Of a DNA stretch of 64,000 bases, positions 39,784 to 50,508 are shown in pieces (positions within the stretch are counted from its first letter, which is position 1; the number at the start of each line of letters is the position of its first letter). Location: the NCBI GenBank assembly GCA_965242925.1, contig CBDEUM010000014.1, forward strand, positions 320,001-384,000, in the 5' to 3' direction. The notes below the pieces were generated by a model. The model searched no databases and was not told the DNA's origin. It saw only the letters and a program-made list of their open reading frames with translations. This DNA is from Roseibacillus sp. (GTDB lineage: Bacteria; Verrucomicrobiota; Verrucomicrobiia; Verrucomicrobiales; Akkermansiaceae). The translations under genes and the position numbers were made by a program.

Positions 39784-41283
39784 CTAGGAGGCCATGCCAT
39801 CGCCACGCCCCCCCAGCCGATGCCGGACGGTGTCCCAGTATCCCTTCAGGTCTTTTCGATAGAGGAGGAAGAATGGCGGACCAAGGAACACCAGGAACAT
39901 GGCGGTGGTCGTCATGGCGACCACCAGGGCGTTTTCGAAGGGCAGCAACTGCTGCAACGCCGTTGCGACAACCCCGGCCACTATCATCATGAGGATCATC
40001 AGACCAACCTGGCGATAGGGCATCAGTTGAAACCATTTTACCTCAAGCAACCGGCTGCAGTATCCGATGCAGTAGGGAACGACGTAACCCCAGAATACTA
40101 TCACCGTTCCCCAGGCTGCTCCTTCGATCCCGAAGTAGTAAATCAGGGGGTAACTCACCAGGGTGTTCAGGACCAGGGTCCCGATCGCGCGCTTCAGGAT
40201 CAAGTCCGTGCGACCCGCTGCCTGGAAGATCGCTCCAAAAAATATCAGGCGGGCCGGAAGCAGGAGCAGGTAGATGCGCAGGGGCCGGGAACTCTCGATA
40301 TACTCGCTGGAATAGAGCACGGCCATCAGTTCCGGCGCAATCACGAAGAGGACTCCTCCGATAGGCAGCAGAACCACCGAAACCTTGCGGGCAGCTTTGC
40401 GCCACAGTTCGAGCGCCTCGCCCTTCTGCTTGTTCTTGTAAAAGGCCACCAGTTCGGGAAGCACCACCGCGGTGGCAGGCACCGTGATCATCCGGATGAA
40501 CGGAATCTCCATCGCCCCGTTGACGAAAACCGCGAATTCCCGGGGACTGCAGAGTGCCGAGACGAGAACCTGGTCGATCCCCATCGCGAGTTTCTCCAGC
40601 ATGAGGGCGAGCCCGATCGGCACCGCGTACTTCAGCTGCGATGACATCCCTCTGAGGGTCGGCCGCGACACCTCGCTGCGTGGCACCGCGCGCAACATGA
40701 GGTAGATTCCCGAAGCAAACACAATCCCTCCCGAGACGGTCATCGCACCCACCGCTCCGAGTGGTCCGGCCGCACACAGCCACACCACCCCAAGGACCAG
40801 GAACAACCGGGAGAGACGGGTGGCCACCGTATGCAGGAAAAGCCATTGAACCTTTTCCTGCACCACCAGCACTGCGCTCACTGCCGTGGTGGGGAGGAAG
40901 AGGACGGGGTAGAGCGCGAAAACCAGCAGGGTCTCTTCGAGCTCCGGATTGGAGAACTGCTCGGCGATGAAGACATTGCCCCCGAGGACCAGAAACAGCG
41001 AAAAACTTCCCCCCAGGGCTCCCAGCAGAATCAGGTTCTCCAACAGCACTGCGCGGATCCGGCTCGTCTCGCCCGGCAGGAAATAGAACAGCGCCGCCGG
41101 AAGGCCCAGCGCGAGAAGAGGTCCGGAAAACTGGTAGATCAGAAGAGTCTGCCGGTAGGTCGCATAATCGACCTTGTCGAAGACCCGGGAAAGCACGGCC
41201 GCAATCACCAGGGTCACCACCGCTGTCGCTGCGTTGCTCGAGGCAAAAATCAATGCCTTGAATGTCCGTGACCTGGTCACCAT
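39784..41283 (-). CDS. wzx: Wzx-type oligosaccharide flippase
   Basis: 499 aa, 12-14 TMs, MOP/PST exporter pattern (LIYYFGIEGAAWGT). Confidence 0.85.
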   Translation of the reverse strand: MVTRSRTFKALIFASSNAATAVVTLVIAAVLSRVFDKVDYATYRQTLLIYQFSGPLLALGLPAALFYFLPGETSRIRAVLLENLILLGALGGSFSLFLVLGGNVFIAEQFSNPELEETLLVFALYPVLFLPTTAVSAVLVVQEKVQWLFLHTVATRLSRLFLVLGVVWLCAAGPLGAVGAMTVSGGIVFASGIYLMLRAVPRSEVSRPTLRGMSSQLKYAVPIGLALMLEKLAMGIDQVLVSALCSPREFAVFVNGAMEIPFIRMITVPATAVVLPELVAFYKNKQKGEALELWRKAARKVSVVLLPIGGVLFVIAPELMAVLYSSEYIESSRPLRIYLLLLPARLIFFGAIFQAAGRTDLILKRAIGTLVLNTLVSYPLIYYFGIEGAAWGTVIVFWGYVVPYCIGYCSRLLEVKWFQLMPYRQVGLMILMMIVAGVVATALQQLLPFENALVVAMTTTAMFLVFLGPPFFLLYRKDLKGYWDTVRHRLGGRGDGMAS

Positions 41284-41448
41284 TCAGTTTGCCGGCCATG
41301 GGTCCAATCCAACCATCTCTGAAGTTTCAACTGACATCGGGGGGCAAATCCTCTCCATCCTGACAAACGGGACTTCCGAGGCGCCGCGGAAGTCATGGGC
41401 CGGGATCAGCCTCCCCGAGGCTCCCGACAAGGAGAACACTCCCGGCCG

Positions 41449-42405
41449 CTATGACCCGTAAGCCTCGATTTCCACCACGTGGAAATTGCGGTTCTCGGTA
41501 TTACTGAGTCCGTGCACCCTGATAAACTGGAGTTTCGTGTCTTCCAGTCCGATCTCCTGCCATCCACCACGGGCTCTTGGATTTGAGCGGACCTGGTTCC
41601 ATGAGGCTCCATCCTCCGAGACGAAAATCCGGTAGCCATATCTCCGGTTGTCGAGATCGTAGAGGAAGAGACGAATCCTGTTAATGGTATGAACCGCCCC
41701 CAGATTCACCATGAAGCTGCACGGATTTGTGGCGAAGGCCCATCCCTTGTGCTTATCGTGCTTTGTCTTCCCGTCGATCATCAGATCCGCATCCTTGCCG
41801 CCCGACGCCTTGGCTCCCCTTGAAGCCAGAGCAAGGTCCTGCAGATCCTCATCGACTGGTTGACCAGGCTCGGGGGTAATGACCAGGGCTTTCACCTCCG
41901 GAAGATCCCCGACCCGCTTTTCTTCCTCCTCGATGACCAGAGCGTCCTTGATTTCACCCGCTCGCGTCAGCCGCCGTTTCTCGGTATCAAGGGCCTTCAG
42001 ATACAGTTCCACTGTTATCTTCAGTTTCTTGCTGCGGGCAGAACGGATCTCCGCCAATCCCCTCTCCCATTTCTCGCGAACCCGTTTGAAACGAAAGTCG
42101 GCATCGGCAGGAAGCTCCTTGGATTCCTCCCCGTCTTCGATCATCTCGATCTCTGCCAGAACCTGGGTGGCACCCTTGAGATTCTCGGCCCGCCCCAGCT
42201 CCCCCTTGAGCTTCTTCAGTGCTTCAAGGTAGTTGAGTCGCAGATCCCGGGCCGCCTTCCCATGTTCGTCCAGTTCGGCGTTCATCCGCTTCTCAAACGA
42301 AGTGCGGTACTTTTCCACGGTCTCCGCAACATCCGCCAGCACCGGCACGGTCATGCTGAAAGCCAGGACAACAGCCAGAAGGCGACCGCGAAGAATTCTT
42401 TTCAT
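41449..42405 (-). CDS. Exported coiled-coil protein with C-terminal discoidin (F5/8 type C) domain
   Basis: Signal peptide; long charged helices; VNLG...YRIFVSEDGASW...FIRV...VVEIEAY. Confidence 0.8.
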   Translation of the reverse strand: MKRILRGRLLAVVLAFSMTVPVLADVAETVEKYRTSFEKRMNAELDEHGKAARDLRLNYLEALKKLKGELGRAENLKGATQVLAEIEMIEDGEESKELPADADFRFKRVREKWERGLAEIRSARSKKLKITVELYLKALDTEKRRLTRAGEIKDALVIEEEEKRVGDLPEVKALVITPEPGQPVDEDLQDLALASRGAKASGGKDADLMIDGKTKHDKHKGWAFATNPCSFMVNLGAVHTINRIRLFLYDLDNRRYGYRIFVSEDGASWNQVRSNPRARGGWQEIGLEDTKLQFIRVHGLSNTENRNFHVVEIEAYGS

Positions 42406-42468
42406 GCTGGTGAGGGAAGTCCCTTTAGTTTCGTTGCCAACGATGCCCGGATCAAGCGAATTGCTCCC

Positions 42469-42867
42469 TTAATCCTGACGGTCATGAAACCTCGACCGCT
42501 GTTCCTCGGTGGGGAGCAGGCAGCTTTCCCCGCCCCGCAACCGATACCGGTTGCGGGCCACCAGGCCGTAGCACCAATCCCGCAGGAAGCGAGGCACCCA
42601 AAGCCCAAGGGCGGCCAGGAGCCCATATCGGGGCAACCGCGTTCCGATGCGCAGGGCGGCCGTGCTCCGCTCGGAGAGGTGTCCGTCCTCGAGCAGGTAC
42701 ATGGTGTCCAGTCCCGGTTCGTCCACCCCGTGATCGCGCAACAGCCGTCGCCCTGCCTTTGACTGGATCGAAGCAAAGTGGAAGAGCCCCTGGCGATCCC
42801 GCTTCAGGATGAACTGAATGGCGGCCGTGCAGAAACCGCACTCTCCATCGTAGAGAATCACCCTCAT
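42469..42867 (-). CDS. DCC1-like thiol-disulfide oxidoreductase family protein
   Basis: YDGECGFC (DxxCxxC), FASIQS, RDWCYGLVARNRY. Confidence 0.9.
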   Translation of the reverse strand: MRVILYDGECGFCTAAIQFILKRDRQGLFHFASIQSKAGRRLLRDHGVDEPGLDTMYLLEDGHLSERSTAALRIGTRLPRYGLLAALGLWVPRFLRDWCYGLVARNRYRLRGGESCLLPTEEQRSRFHDRQD

Positions 42868-42879
42868 GTCTTTGTCCGC

Positions 42880-44067
42880 TTAATCCCCTCCCGGGAACTC
42901 TGCAAGGACCGTTACCACATGATCCTGCATCTCCCGCGTAAGCTCGGGATAAATCGGCAGGCTCAGCGCTTCTGTTGCCAGCAGGTGAGCTGTTTCGTTC
43001 CCCGTCCGGCTCCTCTCTGGAAGGTTGGTGAAGCACTCCTGCTGGTCCATCGTGAGCGGATAATAGATCTCACATCCTATCCCGTGGGTGGCCAGATGTT
43101 TCCTGAGGGCGTCGCGCCGGCCCTCCCCGCGCACCCGCAGGGTAAACTGATTCCAGATATGCTCGTTGTGTTCGCAGCAGGCAGGCAGGACGACCCGGGC
43201 CTCACCCGGGGATTCTTCCCGATCGTCGCCGCAGCAGCAGCGCGCCGGGGCCACCACCATCCCTGGGAGGGCGGACAACTTTCCCGTGTAGTAGGCGGCA
43301 TTCTCCTGCCGGGCCCTGGTGTAGTCGCCGTAACGGCGCAGCTTGACCCTGAGGAGGGCGGCCTGCAGCGGATCGAGGCGGAAATTCCCCCCCACTTCCC
43401 GGTGGAAATATTTCGGCTTGGACCCGTGCATGCGTAAGATCCGGGCCCGCTCCGCGAGGTCGTCGTCGTTGCACACCACCATCCCGCCATCACCGAACCC
43501 GCCCAGGTTCTTGGAGGGGAAAAAGCTGTAGGTCCCGAAGTCCCCCATCGCGCCACAGCCGCGCCCCCTGTAGCGTGCCCCGATGGCCTGCGCTCCATCC
43601 TCGATGACGTGGAGATTGTGTTCCCGGGCCAGCGTCATGACGGCATCCATTTCCGCGGATTGACCGAAGAGGTGGACCGGGATGATGGCCTTGGTGCGCT
43701 GTGTCACCTTGCGGGCCGCATCATCGGGGTCCAGGTTGAAGCACCCCGGACAGGCATCCACGAAGACCGGGGTTGCCCCCGTCCGGGAAATGCACCCGGC
43801 CGTCGCAAAGAAGGTGAAGGCGGGACAGAGCACCTCATCACCCGGACCAATATCAAGCGCCATGAGAGCCACCAGGATGGCGTCCGTCCCGGACGTCACT
43901 CCAATCCCGTGCCGGGCTCCCACGAACTCGGCCACCTCTGCTTCCAGGGCTTCCACCTCGGGGCCCATGATGAAACGGCCCGAATGGAGCACCCGGGTGA
44001 AGGCCGCCGTCAGTTCTTCTTCCAGGGGAAGATTCTGCGCGTTGACGTCGAGGAGAGGAACTTTCAT
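42880..44067 (-). CDS. DegT/DnrJ/EryC1/StrS PLP aminotransferase (WbpE-like)
   Basis: SGTDAI, PVHLFGQ, IEDGAQAIG, SFFPSKNLGGFGDGG, NFRLDPLQAA, LSLPIYP. Confidence 0.93.
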   Translation of the reverse strand: MKVPLLDVNAQNLPLEEELTAAFTRVLHSGRFIMGPEVEALEAEVAEFVGARHGIGVTSGTDAILVALMALDIGPGDEVLCPAFTFFATAGCISRTGATPVFVDACPGCFNLDPDDAARKVTQRTKAIIPVHLFGQSAEMDAVMTLAREHNLHVIEDGAQAIGARYRGRGCGAMGDFGTYSFFPSKNLGGFGDGGMVVCNDDDLAERARILRMHGSKPKYFHREVGGNFRLDPLQAALLRVKLRRYGDYTRARQENAAYYTGKLSALPGMVVAPARCCCGDDREESPGEARVVLPACCEHNEHIWNQFTLRVRGEGRRDALRKHLATHGIGCEIYYPLTMDQQECFTNLPERSRTGNETAHLLATEALSLPIYPELTREMQDHVVTVLAEFPGGD

Positions 44068-44166
44068 GGAAGTCGTTTCAAGGATTCATTAAAGATCGAG
44101 CACAGGAGGCATTGGAACCGCCCTTGATAAACGTGCTCCCGCGGAGTAGCTCAGCGGGACTGTCGG

Positions 44167-44871
44167 TCAGTCATTCGTCCGGCGTTCCAGGTAGGCCGGC
44201 AGGAGTTCCACAATCTCCGCTTCCCGTTCGGCCGGCATCTTCCTGTTGTATGCAGTGGACTCGTAGTTGATCTCCTCCCACTCCCCCGTCCGGGCCCGCT
44301 CAATCGCGGTCACGAGCATGTCCATCTGGGTCTCATAAAGGCGCTCGGACAAGTCGAAGATCGTATCATCCCTGAACAGGGCAATTTCCCGCCGCTCCAG
44401 AAGGCGGCCGGCATCCACCCGATGGTCGATAAGGTGTGAGGTCACCCCCGGCGGCACATCCTTACGAATGGACCAGAAGAGGGCATCCAACCCCCGCACC
44501 TCGGGAATCAGGCCGGGGTGAAAATTGATGATGCCGGTCGAGAACCGGTCGATCACCGGACGCTTCAGAATGCGTGCGCCCGAAATCACTCCAATGGTGG
44601 GCTTGATCGCATCGAGGAGATCGTTGATCTGATTCCCCTGATGAGGAACCACATGGTAATGGGCCCCAATCGCCTTCGCCACCTTTGCGGGTTCGATCAG
44701 GGCCCCGTGGCGCAGCTTCGAACGGATTGAACTTGGTGCAACGTTAAGCTTCACCGGATCAGCCGCCAGCACATGCCCCACAGAGACCCCTTCCGCGAAA
44801 AGACGGAAGAGGAAATCCTGCGTCTTCCGGTGGGGAAAGTTATAGGCCAGGACTACCACTGAATCCGTCAT
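44167..44871 (-). CDS. Formyltransferase family protein (probable NDP-sugar N-formyltransferase)
   Basis: INFHPGLIPEVRG and GVTSHLIDHRVDAG, the N10-formyl-THF transferase signature; strong SD AGGAGG before ATG 44871. Confidence 0.82.
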   Translation of the reverse strand: MTDSVVVLAYNFPHRKTQDFLFRLFAEGVSVGHVLAADPVKLNVAPSSIRSKLRHGALIEPAKVAKAIGAHYHVVPHQGNQINDLLDAIKPTIGVISGARILKRPVIDRFSTGIINFHPGLIPEVRGLDALFWSIRKDVPPGVTSHLIDHRVDAGRLLERREIALFRDDTIFDLSERLYETQMDMLVTAIERARTGEWEEINYESTAYNRKMPAEREAEIVELLPAYLERRTND

Positions 44872-44932
44872 TGCAGGAGCCTCCTTTCTCATCGGCTCGC
44901 GGCCGGGGGTGCCAAGTAATCACTCATTCCGC

Positions 44933-45862
44933 TCAATGCATCTGGATGCGTTCCAGCACCGTTACAACCGCCAGACCGTTTCGTCCGTCCGAGATCGGCA
45001 CCTTCCTGGTCTTGATGCAGTCAATGAAATGTTCAAGTTCGATACGCAGGGGCGGTCCGCTACCCTCGAAGACCACCTCACTTCCCTCGTCAACGCTTTC
45101 GAGATCGTCATTGATCCGCTTGCGGTGCAGGGTGACCGTGGCGGCGGCCTCATCGTAGACCACCATTCCCTTCTCGCCGATGATGGTGAGTTGTCGGCGG
45201 TTGGCTGGCCAGAGCCATGAGTTGTGCAGGTGAGCCTTGATCCCATCGAGGAATTCCATATGCACGTAGACATCGTCCTCCACCTTCTCCTGGAGCCCGC
45301 AATGGCCCGAGGCGAAGACGTGGCGCGGTTGACTGCCGACCAGATAGAGGAGCACCGCGATATCATGCACCCCGAGACTCCAGGTGACATTCTCAATATA
45401 GCGGGCCCTCCCCAGCTTCTTCCGCTCCTGGTGGAGATGGTAGATCTTCCCGATCTTCCCTTCACCGAGGAACCGCTTGATAAACTGAATCGGCGGCTGA
45501 TAGAGCAGGAGATGACCCACCATCAGGATGCGCTCGTGGGTCTCCGCCAGATTCACCAACTCTTCGGCTTCGCCCGAGGTAAGCGTCATCGGCTTCTCGA
45601 CGAAGACGTCCTTCCCCGCCCGCAGGCTGGCGGCCACCAGTTCGAAGTGGGTCGGCACTGGCGTCGCGATCGCGACCGCATTGCAGTCTCCTGCGATGAG
45701 GTCGCGGCCGCTTGAAAATATTTTCGCGGAGGGCGCGATGTCCCGGACCGCCTGCCGGTTGGCTTCGACTGGATCCGCAACCTCACTGAGGACCCCCATC
45801 TCCAGAAAGTTTCTCACCAGGTTTTTCCCCCAGTGTCCGGCTCCAATGACTCCTACTTTCAT
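44933..45862 (-). CDS. Gfo/Idh/MocA oxidoreductase (WbpB/WlbA-like sugar 3-dehydrogenase)
   Basis: GVIGAGHWG, IATP...H, VFVEKP, MVGH, HDI. Confidence 0.88.
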   Translation of the reverse strand: MKVGVIGAGHWGKNLVRNFLEMGVLSEVADPVEANRQAVRDIAPSAKIFSSGRDLIAGDCNAVAIATPVPTHFELVAASLRAGKDVFVEKPMTLTSGEAEELVNLAETHERILMVGHLLLYQPPIQFIKRFLGEGKIGKIYHLHQERKKLGRARYIENVTWSLGVHDIAVLLYLVGSQPRHVFASGHCGLQEKVEDDVYVHMEFLDGIKAHLHNSWLWPANRRQLTIIGEKGMVVYDEAAATVTLHRKRINDDLESVDEGSEVVFEGSGPPLRIELEHFIDCIKTRKVPISDGRNGLAVVTVLERIQMH

Positions 45863-45888
45863 GGTTCTTTTCCTGCCTGGCAGCAGAC

Positions 45889-46839
45889 TCAGGATCCCAG
45901 CACGTCATGCATGCGCACCACGCCCTGCAGCCGCCCTTCTTCATCCGTCACGGGAACCGCATACACCTTACGCTGCGGATTTTCCATGACGTCGAGCACG
46001 CGGGACAAGCGTTCGTCCGCCCTGATCGTCACCGGAGCGGTGGTCATCATGGCATCGGCCCGGGCTTCGTAGCGCTTCTCCATGACCGCCCGTCGCACAT
46101 CCCCGTCCGTGATCACACCCAGGATCCTGTCTTCCGCGTCGAGGACACACACCAGGCCCAGGGGAAACCTGGTGAGGGCCGTCACGATCTCATCCAGGCT
46201 CGCCCTTTCTCCAAGGACCGCCACGTCAGGACGGGGTTGCATGACGTCCCCGGCGCTCAGGAGGAGGCGGCGGCCGAGGACCCCCCCGGGATGGAGAACC
46301 GCGAATTCCTCCTCTCCGAAACCGCGCTCCGCCTGCAGGGTGGCGGCCAGAGTGTCCCCCGCCACCAGCGCGACGGCCGTGCTGCACATGGGCGCCAGAT
46401 TGAGGGAATCCCCCTCTTCCCCGATCTCAATCGGAATGACAAGGTCCAGGTGGCGGGCCAGGGAGCTGGCCGGCTTGCCCAGCAAGCCAATGGTCTGCAC
46501 TCCGATGGTCCGCAGGCTGGGCATCATGCGCAGGAGTTCCTCCGTCTCCCCGCTGTTTGAAACAAGGAGCACCACATCTCCTCCGCACACCACACCCATG
46601 TCCCCGTGCAGGGCCTCCGCCGCATTGAGGAACACCGCAGGGGTCCCGGTGGAGGCGAGGGTGGCCGCGGTCTTGTGTCCGATGATGCCCGATTTACCCA
46701 CCCCGGTGACGACAACCTTGCCCTCGCTCCGGAGAATGAGATCAGCCGCCTGACGCACCCTTTCCCCGGCTGCGCCCTGAAAGCGCTCAAGGGCATCTGT
46801 CACCGCATTAATCAGCTTGTGAAACGGCTCGTTCTTCAT
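45889..46839 (-). CDS. KpsF/GutQ family arabinose-5-phosphate isomerase (SIS + 2 CBS)
   Basis: GVGKSG, STGTPA, EALHGDMG, SNSGET, HPGGVLG, CBS pair. Confidence 0.92.
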   Translation of the reverse strand: MKNEPFHKLINAVTDALERFQGAAGERVRQAADLILRSEGKVVVTGVGKSGIIGHKTAATLASTGTPAVFLNAAEALHGDMGVVCGGDVVLLVSNSGETEELLRMMPSLRTIGVQTIGLLGKPASSLARHLDLVIPIEIGEEGDSLNLAPMCSTAVALVAGDTLAATLQAERGFGEEEFAVLHPGGVLGRRLLLSAGDVMQPRPDVAVLGERASLDEIVTALTRFPLGLVCVLDAEDRILGVITDGDVRRAVMEKRYEARADAMMTTAPVTIRADERLSRVLDVMENPQRKVYAVPVTDEEGRLQGVVRMHDVLGS

Positions 46840-46889
46840 GGGATCACTCTGCTTTTCAGGTCTTCCTTCCAGCCCTTCCTGCCCCCTGG

Positions 46890-48224
46890 CTAGGCCTTCA
46901 CCACCTGGCCCTCGCGTGGCGTCAGGCCAGCCCGGGCAATGGCGTTGCGGGTGTCGATCACGAGATCCGCAGATTCAAGGAGACCTGCCAGGTCAAAGAC
47001 CCGGTGATTGGTGGCAATCAGGACGCAGTCGAAACCCGCGATGATTTCCGGCGTCCCCTCCACCGACCTGGCACCCGTCCAGCGCGCATGCTCACGGGTC
47101 GGGATGATTTCCGGGATGTGAGGATCGTAGTAGGCAACCTCCGCCCCCAGATCGGCCAATTCGTCCATCAGGGCAAAGGTCGGCGATTCCCGCATGTCGT
47201 CAACGTTCTCCTTGTAGGCCAGTCCCATGAGGAGGATGCGGCTGCCCTTCACCGACTTGGAACGCTGGTTGAGGGCCTCCATCGTGCGCTGCACCACCCA
47301 GTGCGGCATACTGGTGTTGATTTCTCCCGCCAATTCGATGAAGCGCGTGTGCACGCCATACTCCCGCGCCTTCCAGGTCAGGTAATAGGGATCGATGGGG
47401 ATGCAGTGCCCGCCCAGGCCCGGTCCGGGGTAGAACGGCGTGAACCCGAAAGGCTTGGTCGCAGCCGCCTCAATCACTTCCCAGATGTCAATGCCCATCC
47501 GATCGGCGGCCACCTTCAATTCGTTCACCAATCCGATGTTCACGGCCCGGTAGATATTCTCCAGCAGCTTGGCGAACTCGGCCACCTGGGTGGAACGCAC
47601 CGGAACCACCTCCGAAACCACCGCCTGATAGAGGGCCTGCCCCACCCGGGCACAGTCCTCGGTGATTCCCCCGACCACCTTGGGAATACTGGTGGCCGAG
47701 AAGTCGGGATTGCCGGGATCCTCCCGCTCCGGGGAGTAAACCAGGAAGATGTCCGTGCCGACCACCAGTCCCCGCTTCTCGATGAGGGGTCGCAGTTCCT
47801 CGTCCGTGGTCCCGGGATAGGTTGTGCTTTCCAGGCTCACCACCTGCCCGGGTCGCAAATGCGGCACGAGACTCTCCATGGTGCTGAGGACAAAGCTGAG
47901 ATCGGGCTCAAAATGTTCGTCAAGGGGCGTGGGCACACACATGATGAGCGCGTCCGCGCGACTGGCCTCCGAGAAATCCGTGGTGACTTCCAGCTTCCCG
48001 CTCTCGACGGCCTCCGCAATAGACCCGCTCGGAATGTGCTCAATGTAACTCTCCCCTGCCCGGAGGGAATCGATCTTTTTCCGGTCGATGTCTATCCCCA
48101 TCACCTGGAAGCCCCGGCTCACGAAGCCGAGGATCAGGGGGAGCCCGACGTAACCCAGGCCCACCACCCCGATCACAGCGGAACCATTCTCTATCTTTTC
48201 CAGGGTCTTGTCTGTTAGTTTCAT
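46890..48224 (-). CDS. UDP-N-acetyl-glucosamine 6-dehydrogenase (WbpA-like)
   Basis: [51 protein letters not shown]. Confidence 0.92.
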   Translation of the reverse strand: MKLTDKTLEKIENGSAVIGVVGLGYVGLPLILGFVSRGFQVMGIDIDRKKIDSLRAGESYIEHIPSGSIAEAVESGKLEVTTDFSEASRADALIMCVPTPLDEHFEPDLSFVLSTMESLVPHLRPGQVVSLESTTYPGTTDEELRPLIEKRGLVVGTDIFLVYSPEREDPGNPDFSATSIPKVVGGITEDCARVGQALYQAVVSEVVPVRSTQVAEFAKLLENIYRAVNIGLVNELKVAADRMGIDIWEVIEAAATKPFGFTPFYPGPGLGGHCIPIDPYYLTWKAREYGVHTRFIELAGEINTSMPHWVVQRTMEALNQRSKSVKGSRILLMGLAYKENVDDMRESPTFALMDELADLGAEVAYYDPHIPEIIPTREHARWTGARSVEGTPEIIAGFDCVLIATNHRVFDLAGLLESADLVIDTRNAIARAGLTPREGQVVKA

Positions 48225-48235
48225 CTCTTCTCTGG

Positions 48236-49480
48236 CTACAGGATCATCCCGGCTCCCACCGTCTCGTTGGTGCCGGGATCAATCAGGATGAATGATCCCG
48301 TCTGCCGGTTACGACGATAGGCATCGTGCAGGAGAGGGACCGCCGTGCGCAGCCGGATGCGCCCGATCTCGTTCAATTGGAAAGACTCCACCTCTTCGAT
48401 CTTATGGAGGGTGTCGATATCGACCTGATAACGGATCTCCTCCACCACCGCCTTTGTTTCCCGGGTGGTGTGCCGCAGGACATATTTGCCCCGGGAACGC
48501 ATCGGCGTCTGCGAAAACCAGCAGATCATGGCATCGATATCCTGATCGATCTTGGGCTGGTTGTTGGGCTTGGCGATCATGTCTCCCCGGGAGAGATCGA
48601 TCTCATCCTCCAGAGTAAGGCAGACCGACTGGGGTGAATAGGCCTCGCTCTTCTCCCCGTCCGCGGCATGAATCCCCTTCACCCGGGTGGTGAAGCCCGA
48701 CGGCAGGACCGCCACTTCATCACCCGGCTTGAAGACACCCCCGGCGACCCTCCCCGCGTAGCCCCGGAAATCGTGCCACTGGTCGCTCTGCGGCCGGATC
48801 ACCCACTGGACCGGAAAGCGCGCATCCACATGATTCTCCTCCCCGCCGATGTAGACGTTTTCAAGATGGTAGAGCAGGGACGGTCCCTCATACCAGGGCG
48901 TCCTCTCCGAACGATCCACCACGTTATCCCCCTCCAGGGCCGAGATCGGGAGGGACTGGATCCCGATGATGCCATCAAGGCGGGAGGCAAAGGATTCATA
49001 CTCCCCCACGATGTTCTCGTAGACTTCCTGCGAGTAGTCCACCAGGTCCATCTTGTTGACCGCCACCACCAGGTGCTGGATACGCAACAGACTGGCGATG
49101 AAGGAATGACGCTTGGTCTGCTCGATCACGCCCTTGCGCGCATCGATAAGGATGATGGCCAGGTTGGCGGTGGATGCACCGGTCACCATGTTGCGGGTGT
49201 ACTGGATATGCCCCGGGGTATCCGCGATGATGAACTTGCGCTTTGGAGTCGCAAAATAGCGGTAGGCTACGTCAATCGTGATCCCCTGCTCCCGCTCCGC
49301 CCGCAACCCGTCGGTCAGCAACGCCAGATTGACATGCTCGTCGCCCCGCTTCCGTGAGCTTTCCTCGATCGCCTCAAGCTGATCTTCGAAAATCGACTTG
49401 GAGTCGTAGAGAAGCCGTCCAATCAGGGTCGATTTCCCATCGTCAACCGAGCCAGCGGTGGTGAATCTGAGTAAGTCCAT
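48236..49480 (-). CDS. cysN: Sulfate adenylyltransferase subunit 1 (no fused APS kinase)
   Basis: [39 protein letters not shown]. Confidence 0.96.
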   Translation of the reverse strand: MDLLRFTTAGSVDDGKSTLIGRLLYDSKSIFEDQLEAIEESSRKRGDEHVNLALLTDGLRAEREQGITIDVAYRYFATPKRKFIIADTPGHIQYTRNMVTGASTANLAIILIDARKGVIEQTKRHSFIASLLRIQHLVVAVNKMDLVDYSQEVYENIVGEYESFASRLDGIIGIQSLPISALEGDNVVDRSERTPWYEGPSLLYHLENVYIGGEENHVDARFPVQWVIRPQSDQWHDFRGYAGRVAGGVFKPGDEVAVLPSGFTTRVKGIHAADGEKSEAYSPQSVCLTLEDEIDLSRGDMIAKPNNQPKIDQDIDAMICWFSQTPMRSRGKYVLRHTTRETKAVVEEIRYQVDIDTLHKIEEVESFQLNEIGRIRLRTAVPLLHDAYRRNRQTGSFILIDPGTNETVGAGMIL

Positions 49481-49572
49481 TCCGTATGTGTTGAGTTGCA
49501 GGCCTTCGTTCCGCCTCCCGACTGCATTCATGTCCAGGCCATGAACTGCGGGCGACGGCTGAAATCGCCCCG

Positions 49573-50478
49573 TTAAAAGTATCCTTCCTTCTTCCTGTCC
49601 TCCATCGCCGTTTCCGAGCGCTTGTCGTCAGCCCGGTTGCCGCGCTCGGTCTGCCGGGCGGCCGCAACCTCCTCGATGATCCGGTCCATGGTGTCGGCGC
49701 CCGATTCCACCGCGCCGGTGATGGTGGCATCCCCCATCGTCCGGAAGCGGATCAACTTCTTCTCAACGGTCTCCCCCTCGCGCGGCTGCACGAACTCCGA
49801 CACCGCCAGAATGGTGCCGTCGCGGGTGACCGTTTCGCGTTCGTGGGCATAGTAGAGGCTGGGCAGCTCGATGCCTTCCTGTTGCATGTACATCCACACG
49901 TCCATCTCAGTAAAATTGGAGAGCGGAAAGATGCGGAAATGCTCGCCCTCATGCTTCCTCCCGTTGAAGACATTCCAGAGTTCAGGTCTTTGGTTCTTGG
50001 GATCCCACTGCCCGAAATCATCCCGGTGCGAAAAGAAGCGCTCCTTGGCCCGGGCCTTCTCCTCGTCACGTCGGCCACCTCCCAGCGCGGCATCGAAGCC
50101 GTGCTCCTCGATGGTGTCCAGAAGAGTAGTGATCTGCAGGCTGTTGCGCGAGGCATTGGCTCCCTTCTCCTCCTGCACGCGCCCTTCATCGATGGCCTTC
50201 TGGACCGACCCGACAACCAGACGCGCCCCCATCTTTTCGGCAAAGGCATCGCGGTAGTCGATGGTTTCCCTGAAGTTGTGGCCGGTGTCAATGTGCACCA
50301 GCGGAAAGGGAAGGCGGGCCGGCCAGAAGGCCTTGCAGGCCAGGTGAGCCATCACGATGGAATCCTTCCCGCCCGAGAAGAGCAGGGCCGGATTCTCAAA
50401 TTGGGCCGCCGTTTCCCGCAGCAGAAAGATGGCTTCGGCTTCGAGTTGCTCGAGGTGACTGAGGTGGTAGTCAGGCAT
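49573..50478 (-). CDS. cysD: Sulfate adenylyltransferase subunit 2
   Basis: LEAEAI, FSGGKDS, RRDEEKARAKER, QRPELW, KKEGYF. Confidence 0.97.
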   Translation of the reverse strand: MPDYHLSHLEQLEAEAIFLLRETAAQFENPALLFSGGKDSIVMAHLACKAFWPARLPFPLVHIDTGHNFRETIDYRDAFAEKMGARLVVGSVQKAIDEGRVQEEKGANASRNSLQITTLLDTIEEHGFDAALGGGRRDEEKARAKERFFSHRDDFGQWDPKNQRPELWNVFNGRKHEGEHFRIFPLSNFTEMDVWMYMQQEGIELPSLYYAHERETVTRDGTILAVSEFVQPREGETVEKKLIRFRTMGDATITGAVESGADTMDRIIEEVAAARQTERGNRADDKRSETAMEDRKKEGYF

Positions 50479-50508
50479 GTCGCTCTTTGGTGAAAGGAAT
50501 CGGCCCGT

